Shown one piece after another: positions 1 to 9,076 of a DNA stretch of 64,000 nucleotides. A program made the translations under genes and the position numbers. Position 1 is the first letter of the stretch; each line of letters starts with the position of its first letter. Source of the DNA: Candidatus Spongiisociaceae bacterium (GTDB lineage Bacteria; Actinomycetota; Acidimicrobiia; Spongiisociales; Spongiisociaceae); the NCBI GenBank assembly GCA_965219685.1, contig CBDCOH010000002.1:992001-1056000 (forward strand), given 5' to 3'. The notes under the pieces are model-generated. The model was not told where the DNA came from. It did no database searches and saw only the letters and a list, made by a program, of their open reading frames with translations.

Positions 1-2
1 TC

Positions 3-1268
3 GGCGACGATCTCCACGGTTCTCTGCACTACCAGGGCGGGGCATTCACCCTGCATTTCGCCTCCACCTGGAGTTTCCGGATGGGCGGGCGCACCTGGCA
101 GCTCATCGACCGGTTCAACTGGAGGCGCATCTTCTCGGTGCTGCCCGTGCGGACGATCCCGGAGTTCGGAGGTAAGGTTCTCGACTTCTTCCAGAGGTGG
201 CTCGACCATCCTGACTACGACGACTACTGGAAGGCGATGGCTATCAAGGAGCAGTACGAGAGGGTGAAGATCCCAGTGCTGCAGATCGGCGGCTGGTACG
301 ACATCTTCGCCGGCGGCACCATGAACAACTTCGTCGGGATGCGACAGCGGGGCGGGTCGGAACTCGCCCGGAACCACCAGCGGGTCGTCATGGGGCCATG
401 GCATCACCATACCAACACCGAGACCCACGCCGGTGAGGTCGACTTCGGCACGGCGTCGGTGCTGGATCTGGACCAGATCCAGTTGCGATGGTACGACCAC
501 TGGCTGAAGGGGAAGGACAACGGGGTCGACTCCGACCCGCCGCTGCGTATCTACACGATGGGCACCGACGAGTGGCGAGACGAGCACGAGTGGCCGCTGG
601 CGCGGACCGAGTTCACCCCGTGGTACTTCCACAGCGGCGGGTCCGCCAACTCGTTGCTGGGCGACGGAACGCTGTCGTCCGACCCGCCGGGCGACGAGCC
701 CGCCGACGAGTACGTGTACAACCCGGAGTTCCCGACGCCCACGGTGGGGGGCGCCACGTGTTGCACCCCCGAGATCGTGGATTGGGGTTCCTTCGACCAG
801 CGCCCGGTCGAGTACCGCAACGATGTCCTGGTGTACACGTCGGAACCGCTGGAGGCCGATCTGGAGGCGACCGGGCCGGTGGTCGTCAAGCTGTTCGCCG
901 CCACCGACGGGAGGGACACGGACTTCACCGCCAAGTTGGTCGACGTCCACCCGGACGGGTACGCCAGGAACCTGTGCGACGGGATCATCCGCGGCCGCTA
1001 CCGGGAAGGCGCCGAACGGCAGGTGCTGCTGGAACCCGGTGAGGTGTACGAGTTCACCATCGATCTGTGGGTGACCAGCAACGTGTTCAAGGCAGGCCAC
1101 CGCATAAGGGTCGAGATCGCCAGCAGCAACTTCCCCCGGTTCGACCGCAACCTCAACACGGGCAAGCCGACCGCCGACGACGACCGGATCCGGATCGCCC
1201 ACCAGGTCGTCCACCACGACCCGACCCGGCCCTCCCGCATAATCCTGCCGGTGATACCCACGGGCTGA
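3..1268 (+). CDS. CocE/NonD family hydrolase (X-Pro dipeptidyl-peptidase-like), 5' end outside window
   Basis: Frame is open from base 3 (GDDLHGSLHYQGGAF...). Motifs GGWYDIF, MGPWHH, DTDFTAKLVDV, SSNFPRFDRN. Confidence 0.9.
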   Translation, partial: GDDLHGSLHYQGGAFTLHFASTWSFRMGGRTWQLIDRFNWRRIFSVLPVRTIPEFGGKVLDFFQRWLDHPDYDDYWKAMAIKEQYERVKIPVLQIGGWYDIFAGGTMNNFVGMRQRGGSELARNHQRVVMGPWHHHTNTETHAGEVDFGTASVLDLDQIQLRWYDHWLKGKDNGVDSDPPLRIYTMGTDEWRDEHEWPLARTEFTPWYFHSGGSANSLLGDGTLSSDPPGDEPADEYVYNPEFPTPTVGGATCCTPEIVDWGSFDQRPVEYRNDVLVYTSEPLEADLEATGPVVVKLFAATDGRDTDFTAKLVDVHPDGYARNLCDGIIRGRYREGAERQVLLEPGEVYEFTIDLWVTSNVFKAGHRIRVEIASSNFPRFDRNLNTGKPTADDDRIRIAHQVVHHDPTRPSRIILPVIPTG

Positions 1269-1419
1269 ACCCGGCACTTCGTAGGGTCGGGATCGCCTCG
1301 GGACGTCGCCAATGGTCTGACGGAGGATCGTTGCCCGGAGCCGGTCGACGGGCGTTACATGGATGCGGTCTCGGGGTGGCCGACCTCCTGGCGGGAACAA
1401 GGCGCTGGTCCCGCTCTCT

Positions 1420-1674
1420 TAGACGAGTAGCTCCAAGGGATCTGACCGGAAGCGACCGTACTCTACCAGTTGCTACACAACGCTGCACAACACACCTGTA
1501 AGTTGTATGCGTATGTTCCTGGACTCGGACCCCTCACAGCCACATTCGGGAATAGCTCCCCTCCCGCGTAACCGCGAAACCCAAACGGTGCGATGGAGGC
1601 GGTAAATTATCCAACTTCACGGCAACTACCGATGACCAACTACAGACTACCGACTGGGAACTAGTCATCTAGCG
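1420..1674 (+). repeat. Dispersed ~255-bp non-coding element, copy A
   Basis: Colinear with the reverse complement of 50376-50635; identical 24-mer GGATCTGACCGGAAGCGACCGTAC at 1438-1461; ends in CAACTAC-like heptamers (1623-1664). Confidence 0.85.
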
Positions 1675-1802
1675 ATTGTGGCACTCTCCGGGTTGGTCGC
1701 GGAGGGCTGTTCGGCCATCGGTGGCAGATCGCCGGGAGCCTTGCGGCTAGCCTGAGTGGCGATCGCGATCCGCGGGTGACACCTAGCAAGAGTGAGGTTC
1801 TC

Positions 1803-3239
1803 ATGCGTCCTACCGTTGCTGACCTTCCATGGGGTTTGCTGCCGGAACCCGTGACCAGGCGGCTCGCCGACTGGTCGTACGAACTCTCATATCGCGACCT
1901 GGATGATGAGGTCCGCGAGGGTGTTGTGCGGCTGTGCCGGGACTTCGTCGTGATCTCGCTGGCGGCGTCGACCGGTCGGGGCGTGGGCGAGTCGTCCGGT
2001 CCCGGGCTGGAGCCCTTGGTCAGGTTGGCGGCGCTCAATCCGGGGCCCTGCACCATCCTCGGACGGGACGTCACAACCACTCCCCAGCACGCGGCCATCG
2101 TCAACGGGGCGTACGCTCACACCCTCAACCTGATGGACGTGCACCGCTGGAGCGCCCCGACCCACATCTGTCCCGGTGTCTTCCCGGCCGTCTTCGCACT
2201 GGCCGAGACGAGGCAGGTGTCGTTCCCCGAGTTCGCGGTGGCTGTAGCGGTGGGTGTGGAGGGGATAGCCAAGCTGGGCATGGCCCTCAACGTCGGGCAG
2301 GGCGTGATCGACACCACCGACGCCAACGCTCCCGGAGCCGCCCTCGCGGGAGCCAAGCTCCTCGGTCTGGACCGGGAGGGCCACGCCGACGCCCTCGGCA
2401 TCGGCGCTTACCTGGCCGTCGGCGGCACGATCTCCCTGGAGCTGACCTCCCCCGGCTACTGGTGCCGGCCGATGCTGAGCGGGTGGCAGCCCGGCACGGG
2501 CGTGATCTCGGCCATGCTGGCCCGCGAGGGGCTAAGGGGATCCCCCCGGATCCTGGAGGCGCCCACCGGCTTCCTGAACGCGCGGAGCCTGGTCCCCGAC
2601 ACCGCTCCCCTGTCGCAACTGGGCGATCCTTTCGAGGTGACCAGGGTCGGTTTGAAGCCGTACCCGACCACCCGCTACCTCCACTCCGAGATCGAGGCGC
2701 TGCTACGGATAGTCGTGGACGAGGACCTGTCGCCGGCGGACGTGGCTCGGGTGGTGATCGAGAAGCCCCGGTCGATGCACCTGGTCACGGGCACGGACGA
2801 CCGCCGCGACCCGGCCGCCCCGGAGGTGGCCCGCCTCAGTTCATTCTTCTTCGCCGCCAAGGTTGTCAAGGATCGCCGGGCCTGGCTGGATGCGCTGGAA
2901 CCCGGCTCGCTCCACGATCCCGGGACGAAGGAGTTGATGGACCGGGTGGAGTGCCGGCCGGCGGCTGACCTGGACGCCTTCTTCCCCGACGGGTTGCCGG
3001 CCCGGGTCACGGTGGAGAAGAAGGACGGGTCGTCCTCGACCCGGACCATCCACCATCCCAGGGGCGAGCCGGAGCGGCCCCTGTCCGAGGCGCAACTCAT
3101 GGCCAAGTACGACGGTCTGTACGACTACTGCCTGGCGGATTCGATACCGAGGGCCCGGTTCGACGAGATCCTGGCCCGCTGCTCGGAATTGGGGAACGAG
3201 TCGGACATCGGTGCGTTCGTGGCATCCCTCCGCGGCTAG
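1803..3239 (+). CDS. MmgE/PrpD family protein
   Basis: AAIVNGAYAH..DVH, LKPYPTTRYLH and C-terminal PRGEPERPLS motifs; ATG after GAGG (ORF track starts at 1776). Confidence 0.85.
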   Translation: MRPTVADLPWGLLPEPVTRRLADWSYELSYRDLDDEVREGVVRLCRDFVVISLAASTGRGVGESSGPGLEPLVRLAALNPGPCTILGRDVTTTPQHAAIVNGAYAHTLNLMDVHRWSAPTHICPGVFPAVFALAETRQVSFPEFAVAVAVGVEGIAKLGMALNVGQGVIDTTDANAPGAALAGAKLLGLDREGHADALGIGAYLAVGGTISLELTSPGYWCRPMLSGWQPGTGVISAMLAREGLRGSPRILEAPTGFLNARSLVPDTAPLSQLGDPFEVTRVGLKPYPTTRYLHSEIEALLRIVVDEDLSPADVARVVIEKPRSMHLVTGTDDRRDPAAPEVARLSSFFFAAKVVKDRRAWLDALEPGSLHDPGTKELMDRVECRPAADLDAFFPDGLPARVTVEKKDGSSSTRTIHHPRGEPERPLSEAQLMAKYDGLYDYCLADSIPRARFDEILARCSELGNESDIGAFVASLRG

Positions 3240-3296
3240 TGGTCCTGATCGGAAGGTGTGCCAACCCCACGGGTGACGAACGGAAGGAGGCGTGAC

Positions 3297-3719
3297 ATGT
3301 CGCTCAGTGCGGCCGACAAGATCGAGATCCAGGAACTGGTCGCCAGATACAACCGGGCCATCGACTCGGGCGATGTCGAGGGCTGGGTGGAGACATTCGT
3401 GCCTGACGGGGTGTTCGAGGGGCTGGTGGTCCCCACCTTCCGCGGCCACGACGAGCTGAGAGCCTTCGCCACCGCTTTCTGGACCGAACCCGAGTACGCC
3501 GAGTGGCGCGGGGCCCAGCACTGGACCATCAACATGATCATCGACGGTGAGGGCGACAGCGCGACCCTTTTCGCGTACCACATCATGTTCAAGCCCGATG
3601 GGCCGGGTGCCGATCCGGCCCTCATGTGCGCGTACGATGACGAACTGGTCAGGGTGGACGGGGGGTGGAGGTTCTCCCGTCGCCGGGTGGTCGAGTTCCC
3701 CGGCGACCTCGCTCCCTGA
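3297..3719 (+). CDS. SnoaL-like / NTF2-fold protein
   Basis: DKIEIQELVARYNRAID...YDDELVRVDGGWRFSRR; AGGAGG ribosome-binding site. Confidence 0.85.
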   Translation: MSLSAADKIEIQELVARYNRAIDSGDVEGWVETFVPDGVFEGLVVPTFRGHDELRAFATAFWTEPEYAEWRGAQHWTINMIIDGEGDSATLFAYHIMFKPDGPGADPALMCAYDDELVRVDGGWRFSRRRVVEFPGDLAP

Positions 3720-3756
3720 CGCCTGTCGAACCCCTTGCAGTTCCGGGTCGCAGCTT

Positions 3757-4797
3757 TCAGCCGGCCAGCGAGTCCAGTATGTGCATGATGCCGTCCCGCG
3801 CCTCCGGGTTGGGCAGGTAGCTCCGGAATCCCGGATACAGGGGGAAGATGATCGGCAGGGTGATCCCGGCCGCCCGGTAGACATCGATCTTCTCCCGGCA
3901 CATCTCCGGCGTGCCGTAGACGGTCACCGCGTCGGCCATCTCGTCGTCGATCAGGTCCACCGCGGCCTCCATGTCTCCCGCATCGACCCGTTCGGCGACC
4001 CGGCGAGCGATCTCACCCTTGCCGCGGCGGTCGAAGTAGGTGCGGTAATAGTGGTACGAGGACATGTGGATGGCCACGTCGTACTTGGCGGCAAGCTTGG
4101 CGGTCTCCACGTCCTCGCTGACCGAAGTGGGTAGGTAGCAGGCGAGTTCGACCTCGGCCGGGTCCCGACCGACCTGGGCGGCCCCTCGGGCCACCGCCTC
4201 CTTCATGGTCGGAACGAAGTCCAGCGGGACGAAGATGGGCGCCACGCCGTCGGCGATCTCGCCGGCCAGCTCGAAGGTCTTCTCAGCGAGCGCGCCGTAG
4301 AAGATCTCAATGTTGTCCCGGTACGGCCCCAGCCACGGTTCGTAGTCGCGGACATGGAATACCTCGCCGTCGTAGCGGACGGGTTCGCCCCTGTAGGCGC
4401 CCTTGATGATGGCGCGGGTCAACTCCGTCGTCTCGCGCAGCCTCAGAAGGGGACGCTCGAACGGGGAGGGCCGGTGCTTCTCCACGTCGTCGCGCATCAG
4501 GTGGATCTCCCGGTGGCCGACCCCAAGACCCAGCCGGAAGCGTCCCTCGGATATCGAGTCGACTGTGGCCGCGGCGATGGCGATGGTGGTCGGGTTGCGG
4601 GTGAAGACGGTTGCCACCCCGGTTCCCAGGAGGATCTGCTCCGTCTCGCGCGCGCAGGCTGCCAGGAAGCAGAAGGCGTCCGAGAAGCTCTCGATGATGT
4701 ACGCGGACTCGTACCCCCTCCGGTCGGCCAGCTTCACCACGTCGACCAGGTCGTTGATCGGCATTCCACCCCAGAGCCCCACTCCGAGTCTGTCCAT
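3757..4797 (-). CDS. LLM-class flavin (possibly F420)-dependent oxidoreductase
   Basis: LGTGVATVFTRNP, SEGRFRLGLGVG, ELAGEIADG motifs. Confidence 0.88.
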   Translation of the reverse strand: MDRLGVGLWGGMPINDLVDVVKLADRRGYESAYIIESFSDAFCFLAACARETEQILLGTGVATVFTRNPTTIAIAAATVDSISEGRFRLGLGVGHREIHLMRDDVEKHRPSPFERPLLRLRETTELTRAIIKGAYRGEPVRYDGEVFHVRDYEPWLGPYRDNIEIFYGALAEKTFELAGEIADGVAPIFVPLDFVPTMKEAVARGAAQVGRDPAEVELACYLPTSVSEDVETAKLAAKYDVAIHMSSYHYYRTYFDRRGKGEIARRVAERVDAGDMEAAVDLIDDEMADAVTVYGTPEMCREKIDVYRAAGITLPIIFPLYPGFRSYLPNPEARDGIMHILDSLAG

Positions 4798-5022
4798 ACG
4801 TAATCCCTTCTTTGCTCTTGGTCCTGGTTCTGTCAGCCCGCGGGCCGCCAGACGACCCGCGGATCGCGAATATTCCCCGACACCAAGGGGTTGACCCTGT
4901 CACACCCAGCCCGCACACCAAGTGACACCAAGCACCTGTGCGGTATCGAAAGCGACGTCATTCGACTGCCCCGAGGGTCATCGAGTTCGGACCGGTCTTT
5001 CAGCGCCGCAGATGCCGGTGCC

Positions 5023-5096
5023 ACGCGTCCGGAACCCAGGAAAGGTGGTGGCGGGGGTGGGCCCGGCGAAGGAGTCGGCGGGGTCGTTTTTCGCGA
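5023..5096 (-). repeat. Dispersed ~75-bp intergenic motif, copy 1
   Basis: Minus strand reads TCGCGAAAAACG...CGGGCCCACCCCCGCCACCACCT...ACGCGT, matching 18060-18133 in block order and spacing. Confidence 0.55.
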
Positions 5097-5149
5097 CCTG
5101 GGGGTGTTTCGGGGTCTTGAGCGGTTGGCGTGCCGGTCTCCTCGCATGG

Positions 5150-6160
5150 TCACCGGGGCGTCCGGTCCGTGGTTCCGCCCGATTGGTCGGGATCCTGCCT
5201 GCGGTCCCCGGGGCGGGTGGCGCGGGCCAGGAGTTGGGTGTCGGCTGCGAACTCCCCGGATCGTATGCACGACACCGAGTGCTGGTCGCCGTAGTCCTCC
5301 TCGGGCGGCTCCGCTTCAGAACATGCTTCGATGGACCAGGGGCAACGGGGTTCGAGAGGGCATCCCGGAGGGCGGTCCATGGGGCTCGGGATCTCCCCGG
5401 TGAGCTCCACCGGCGCCATCGGGACCGACGGGTCCAGTTCCAACGCCGATTCCATCAGTGCCCGCGTGTAGGGGTGCAGGGGGTCCACGAACAGCCGGTC
5501 GGTGGGGCCCCGCTCGACGATCTTGCCGAGGTACATGATGGCCACCCGTTCGGTGACCGACCGGATCGCGAGCAGGTCGTGGCTGATAAGCAGGATGGCG
5601 GTGGAGGAGTTGCCGCGAAGCTGCTTGATCAACTCCAGGACTCCCGCACGAGCGTCCGGGTCCAGCGCGGTGGTCGGCTCGTCGAGGATCAGCAGGTCCG
5701 GTTCGAGGATGAGCGCGCGGGCGATCGAGGCCCGCTGCAGCAACTCCTCGGGGAGGCCGTCGCAGTCGAGCAGCAGGTGCGTCCGGTCGAGGCCGACCAG
5801 CGCAGCGGCATCCTCCACCCTGGTCGCCAGCCGGGGACCCCTCCGCATGCCGTGGGCGAGGAGTGGATCGGCTATCGCCTCCCACACCTGGAACCGGCGG
5901 TTGACCGAGTCCCTCGGCTCCTGGAAGACCATCCCGACCTGCGCGCCCTCCTTCTCCCAGGAGATGGAACCCCCATCGGGTCTGAGAAGACCGGCCAGGC
6001 ACCTGCCCACGGTGCTCTTCCCGGAACCGCTCTCGCCGATCAACCCCAGGACTTCGCCCTGGTCGATCCGGAAGGAGGCCTCGGCCACAGCCACCAGCCG
6101 GTCCCCTCCCTCTAAACGGAAGACCTTGCGCAAGCCCTCGACGGTGACGACGCGGCTCAT
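5150..6160 (-). CDS. Oligopeptide/dipeptide-type ABC transporter ATPase (DppF-like)
   Basis: Walker A GESGSGKS, Walker B ILDEPT, H-loop SHD, HPYT and Cys-rich C-terminus; signature degenerate (LPEEL). Confidence 0.9.
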   Translation of the reverse strand: MSRVVTVEGLRKVFRLEGGDRLVAVAEASFRIDQGEVLGLIGESGSGKSTVGRCLAGLLRPDGGSISWEKEGAQVGMVFQEPRDSVNRRFQVWEAIADPLLAHGMRRGPRLATRVEDAAALVGLDRTHLLLDCDGLPEELLQRASIARALILEPDLLILDEPTTALDPDARAGVLELIKQLRGNSSTAILLISHDLLAIRSVTERVAIMYLGKIVERGPTDRLFVDPLHPYTRALMESALELDPSVPMAPVELTGEIPSPMDRPPGCPLEPRCPWSIEACSEAEPPEEDYGDQHSVSCIRSGEFAADTQLLARATRPGDRRQDPDQSGGTTDRTPR

Positions 6161-6942
6161 CACACTCTCGCTCGCGCCAGCATCGCGGCTCCGGTCTCGC
6201 TCTCCGGGCCGGAGAAGAACTGCATCGGGTTGGTGTGTTCCACCACCTTGCCGCGGTCCAGGACCGTGATCGTGTCCGCGTAGTGAGCCACGACTCCCAG
6301 ATCCTGGGTGGCGATGACCAGTGTGAAACCCTCCTGCTCGCGGAGGGAGGCGAGGAGGTCCATCAACTGGCGCTGGATGGTCACGTCGAGCCCTCCGGTC
6401 GGGTCGTCGGCCGCGAGGACGGTGGGCTTGAGGAGCAGGGCGAAGCTGAGCAGCACCCGCTTGCGCATCCCGCCGCTGAGCTCGTCGGGCAACGATGCGA
6501 GCACGCGGTCGGGGTCGGCGATGCCCAGATCCAGGAGGGCGGTGCGGGCCTGGTCGTGAATGGTGGCCTTCCGCCGGGATCTCCGCGTGCCGTGGTGGTC
6601 GAGAACGGAGCAGACATCCTCGAAGTGGCGTCCCACCCTGATGACCGGGTTCAGGGCTTCCCGGCCGGAGGCGGGCACGAACAGCAGGCGCCTGCGCCTC
6701 ATGACCAGCCGCTCGGCTGCGGCGACGGTGGCAGGCTCCAGGCCGTCGACCCGCATACGGCCGGTGACCACTGCGGACGAGGGCCACATACCCACGAGGG
6801 CGCGGAGCAGCACGGTCTTGCCCGCCTCCCGTTCGCCGATGAAGGCATGGATCAGGCCGGGCGCCAGCTCGAAGTCGACCTCGTCGAGGAGGCGCTTGTC
6901 GCCGATCGCGAGCGTGAACCCCTCAGCGGTGATGCCGCTCAT
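6160..6942 (-). CDS. Oligopeptide/dipeptide-type ABC transporter ATPase (DppD-like, degenerate site)
   Basis: GEREAGKT, LSGGMRKR, AADDPT, ATQDL; start overlaps upstream stop. Confidence 0.85.
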   Translation of the reverse strand: MSGITAEGFTLAIGDKRLLDEVDFELAPGLIHAFIGEREAGKTVLLRALVGMWPSSAVVTGRMRVDGLEPATVAAAERLVMRRRRLLFVPASGREALNPVIRVGRHFEDVCSVLDHHGTRRSRRKATIHDQARTALLDLGIADPDRVLASLPDELSGGMRKRVLLSFALLLKPTVLAADDPTGGLDVTIQRQLMDLLASLREQEGFTLVIATQDLGVVAHYADTITVLDRGKVVEHTNPMQFFSGPESETGAAMLARARV

Positions 6943-7826
6943 CCGAACACCCGCGCGGCCCACCGGTGTGACCTCGACAGGGCGCCGGAGCCGGCCCGTG
7001 ACGGCGCCTCCCGGAGTCCCTCCCCGAGGAGCGAGAAACCGAAGATGGTGAAGGCCAGGGACAGCCCGGGGAACACCGACGGCCACCACTCCCCCGTTCC
7101 CAGTTGGTTGGATCCCTCGGAGATCATCACGCCCCACTCGGCGGTCGGTAGCCGCACGCCGGCGCCCACGAAGCTGAGCCCCGCGGTGAGCAGGATCGAG
7201 AAGCCGATCATCACCGAGACCAGCGAGGCGGCCGGGCCCAGAGCGTTGGGCAGGACGTGGCGGAAGGCGATGCGCAGCCGGCTCCAACCGGCGATGGTGG
7301 CAGCCTCCACGAAGGGCTCCTCGCGCAGCACCAGGATCCCGGTCCGGATCTGGCGAACGAAGACGGGAGTGTTGACGAAGGCCAGGCCCAGTATCAGGTT
7401 GACGGGACCGGCCCCGAGCACCGCCACCAGGGCCAGGGCGAACACGAACACGGGGAACGCCTGCATCACGTCCATGCCCCGCATGATCACCTGGGCCGAG
7501 AAGCCTCCGAGGCGACCGCGGTCCTCGAACATACCGGCGATGGTCCCCAGCGGGATACCGATGACGAAGGCCAGCAGGGTGGCGGCCAGCCCGACCGTCA
7601 GGTCGACCCGGGGCGCGTGCAGGGTGCGGCTGAGCACGTCCATTCCCCGCCGGTCGGTTCCGAACGGGAAGTCCCCGCCCGGGGCGGCCAGCAACTCCCC
7701 GGTCAGTTCCTCCGAGCCGTACGGCGAGATCACGGGGGCAAAGAGGGCAAGCAGGATCATCAGGCCCACCACGGCGGCGCCGCACACCGTCTTCGCCCCG
7801 TGCTGCTCGATCAACCTCCGGATCAT
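6939..7826 (-). CDS. ABC transporter permease (DppC-like)
   Basis: FPFGTDRRGMDVLSR, EAA loop FVEAATIAG, RHVLPN. Confidence 0.9.
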   Translation of the reverse strand: MIRRLIEQHGAKTVCGAAVVGLMILLALFAPVISPYGSEELTGELLAAPGGDFPFGTDRRGMDVLSRTLHAPRVDLTVGLAATLLAFVIGIPLGTIAGMFEDRGRLGGFSAQVIMRGMDVMQAFPVFVFALALVAVLGAGPVNLILGLAFVNTPVFVRQIRTGILVLREEPFVEAATIAGWSRLRIAFRHVLPNALGPAASLVSVMIGFSILLTAGLSFVGAGVRLPTAEWGVMISEGSNQLGTGEWWPSVFPGLSLAFTIFGFSLLGEGLREAPSRAGSGALSRSHRWAARVFG

Positions 7827-8899
7827 GCCGATCCCTTGCGACCGAGACGGGGGTCCACCATCCACAGGACCACGTCGACCAGCAGGTAGTTGACGATGTT
7901 GAACACCGCGGCGAGGACGATGAAGCCCTGGAGGGCGGCGAAGTCGGCGCTCCGCAGCGCCGTCACCGCGTACTGGCCGATCCCTCCCCAGGAGTAGATC
8001 TGCTCCACGAGCACCGAACCCCCCAGGAGGAATCCGTAGGTGATGCCGGCCACCGTCGCCACCGGGGGTAGAGCCAGGCGGACCAGGCGCCGGTTGGTCA
8101 GCGCCTGGCGGATGCCGACGCTGGCGTACAGGTCGTTGAACCCGGCCCGCATGGCCTGCTCCGAGGCGGCGTTGGCCACCTTCACTATCAGACCCGAGTA
8201 CACGAGCGTGAGGGTCAGCACCGGCAGGGCAAGGTGCTGCAGGGCCAGCCACAGGGTGCCCAGGTCCCCGGCCAGGACGGAGTCGACGGTCAGGAACCCG
8301 GTGACCCGCTCGGGTGGAGTCTCGAAGCCGAGGCGTCCTATGGGGGGCGGGAGGACCCCCCAGGTGTAGGCGAAGATGAAGGCGACTATCAGGGCCAGCC
8401 AGAAGTCGGGGATCGAGCCCGAGAACATGGCGTAGCCGAAGATCACCTTGCCCTTCCCCCGCAGGCGCCGGCGAGCCATGGCGAATCCGAGCGGGATTCC
8501 CAGCAGCAGGGACACCAGCATGGCCAGCGAGATCAACTCGAGGGTGGCGGGTACCCGCTGGATCAGGTCGTCGAACACCGGCTGTCCCGTCGTTATCGAG
8601 TCGCCGAGGTCGCCCCTCACGAGGTTGGTCAGGTACCGCCAGTACTGGACCGGCAGGGACTGGTCAAGTCCCAGGTGGCGCCGGATGGCGGCCAGAACCT
8701 GCTCGCTGGCGGCCGGCCCCGCTATGACCCTGGCGGGGTCGCCCGGGACCAGGCGGATCAGGAAGAAGGCCGCTGTGGCCGCTCCGGCCACCTGGATGAT
8801 CACGAAACGGGCGCGGCGGGCGACCAGGCGGCCCAACCGTCCCAGGCCGAGCCGTCTCCGGACCGGTCCCGAAGCCTGGTCGGCCGGTGCGGTGGTCAC
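7823..8899 (-). CDS. ABC transporter permease (DppB-like)
   Basis: LVPGDPA, LGLDQSLPVQY, GDLGDS, PATLEL, VLVEQIYSWGGIG, VDPR. Confidence 0.9.
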   Translation of the reverse strand: MTTAPADQASGPVRRRLGLGRLGRLVARRARFVIIQVAGAATAAFFLIRLVPGDPARVIAGPAASEQVLAAIRRHLGLDQSLPVQYWRYLTNLVRGDLGDSITTGQPVFDDLIQRVPATLELISLAMLVSLLLGIPLGFAMARRRLRGKGKVIFGYAMFSGSIPDFWLALIVAFIFAYTWGVLPPPIGRLGFETPPERVTGFLTVDSVLAGDLGTLWLALQHLALPVLTLTLVYSGLIVKVANAASEQAMRAGFNDLYASVGIRQALTNRRLVRLALPPVATVAGITYGFLLGGSVLVEQIYSWGGIGQYAVTALRSADFAALQGFIVLAAVFNIVNYLLVDVVLWMVDPRLGRKGSA

Positions 8900-9032
8900 C
8901 TCGTTCGGCTGCGGGGGCGCCCGGGTGCGAGCCGCCGCCCCGTCGGTCGCCGGAGGCGATCGAAACCGGTGCGCCGTCTGCGCGCAACTGTCCTCATCCT
9001 TCGGCAGCCTCCATCGTGCAGTTGGAGTGTGG

Positions 9033-9070
9033 GGGCCGGGCCCTTCCGGATACCCCGTCGGGCCCGGCCC
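9033..9070 (-). terminator. GC-rich hairpin after substrate-binding-protein gene
   Basis: GGGCCGGGCCC...GGGCCCGGCCC inverted repeat just after the 9077 stop; no U-tract. Confidence 0.5.
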
Positions 9071-9076
9071 GGTCTC

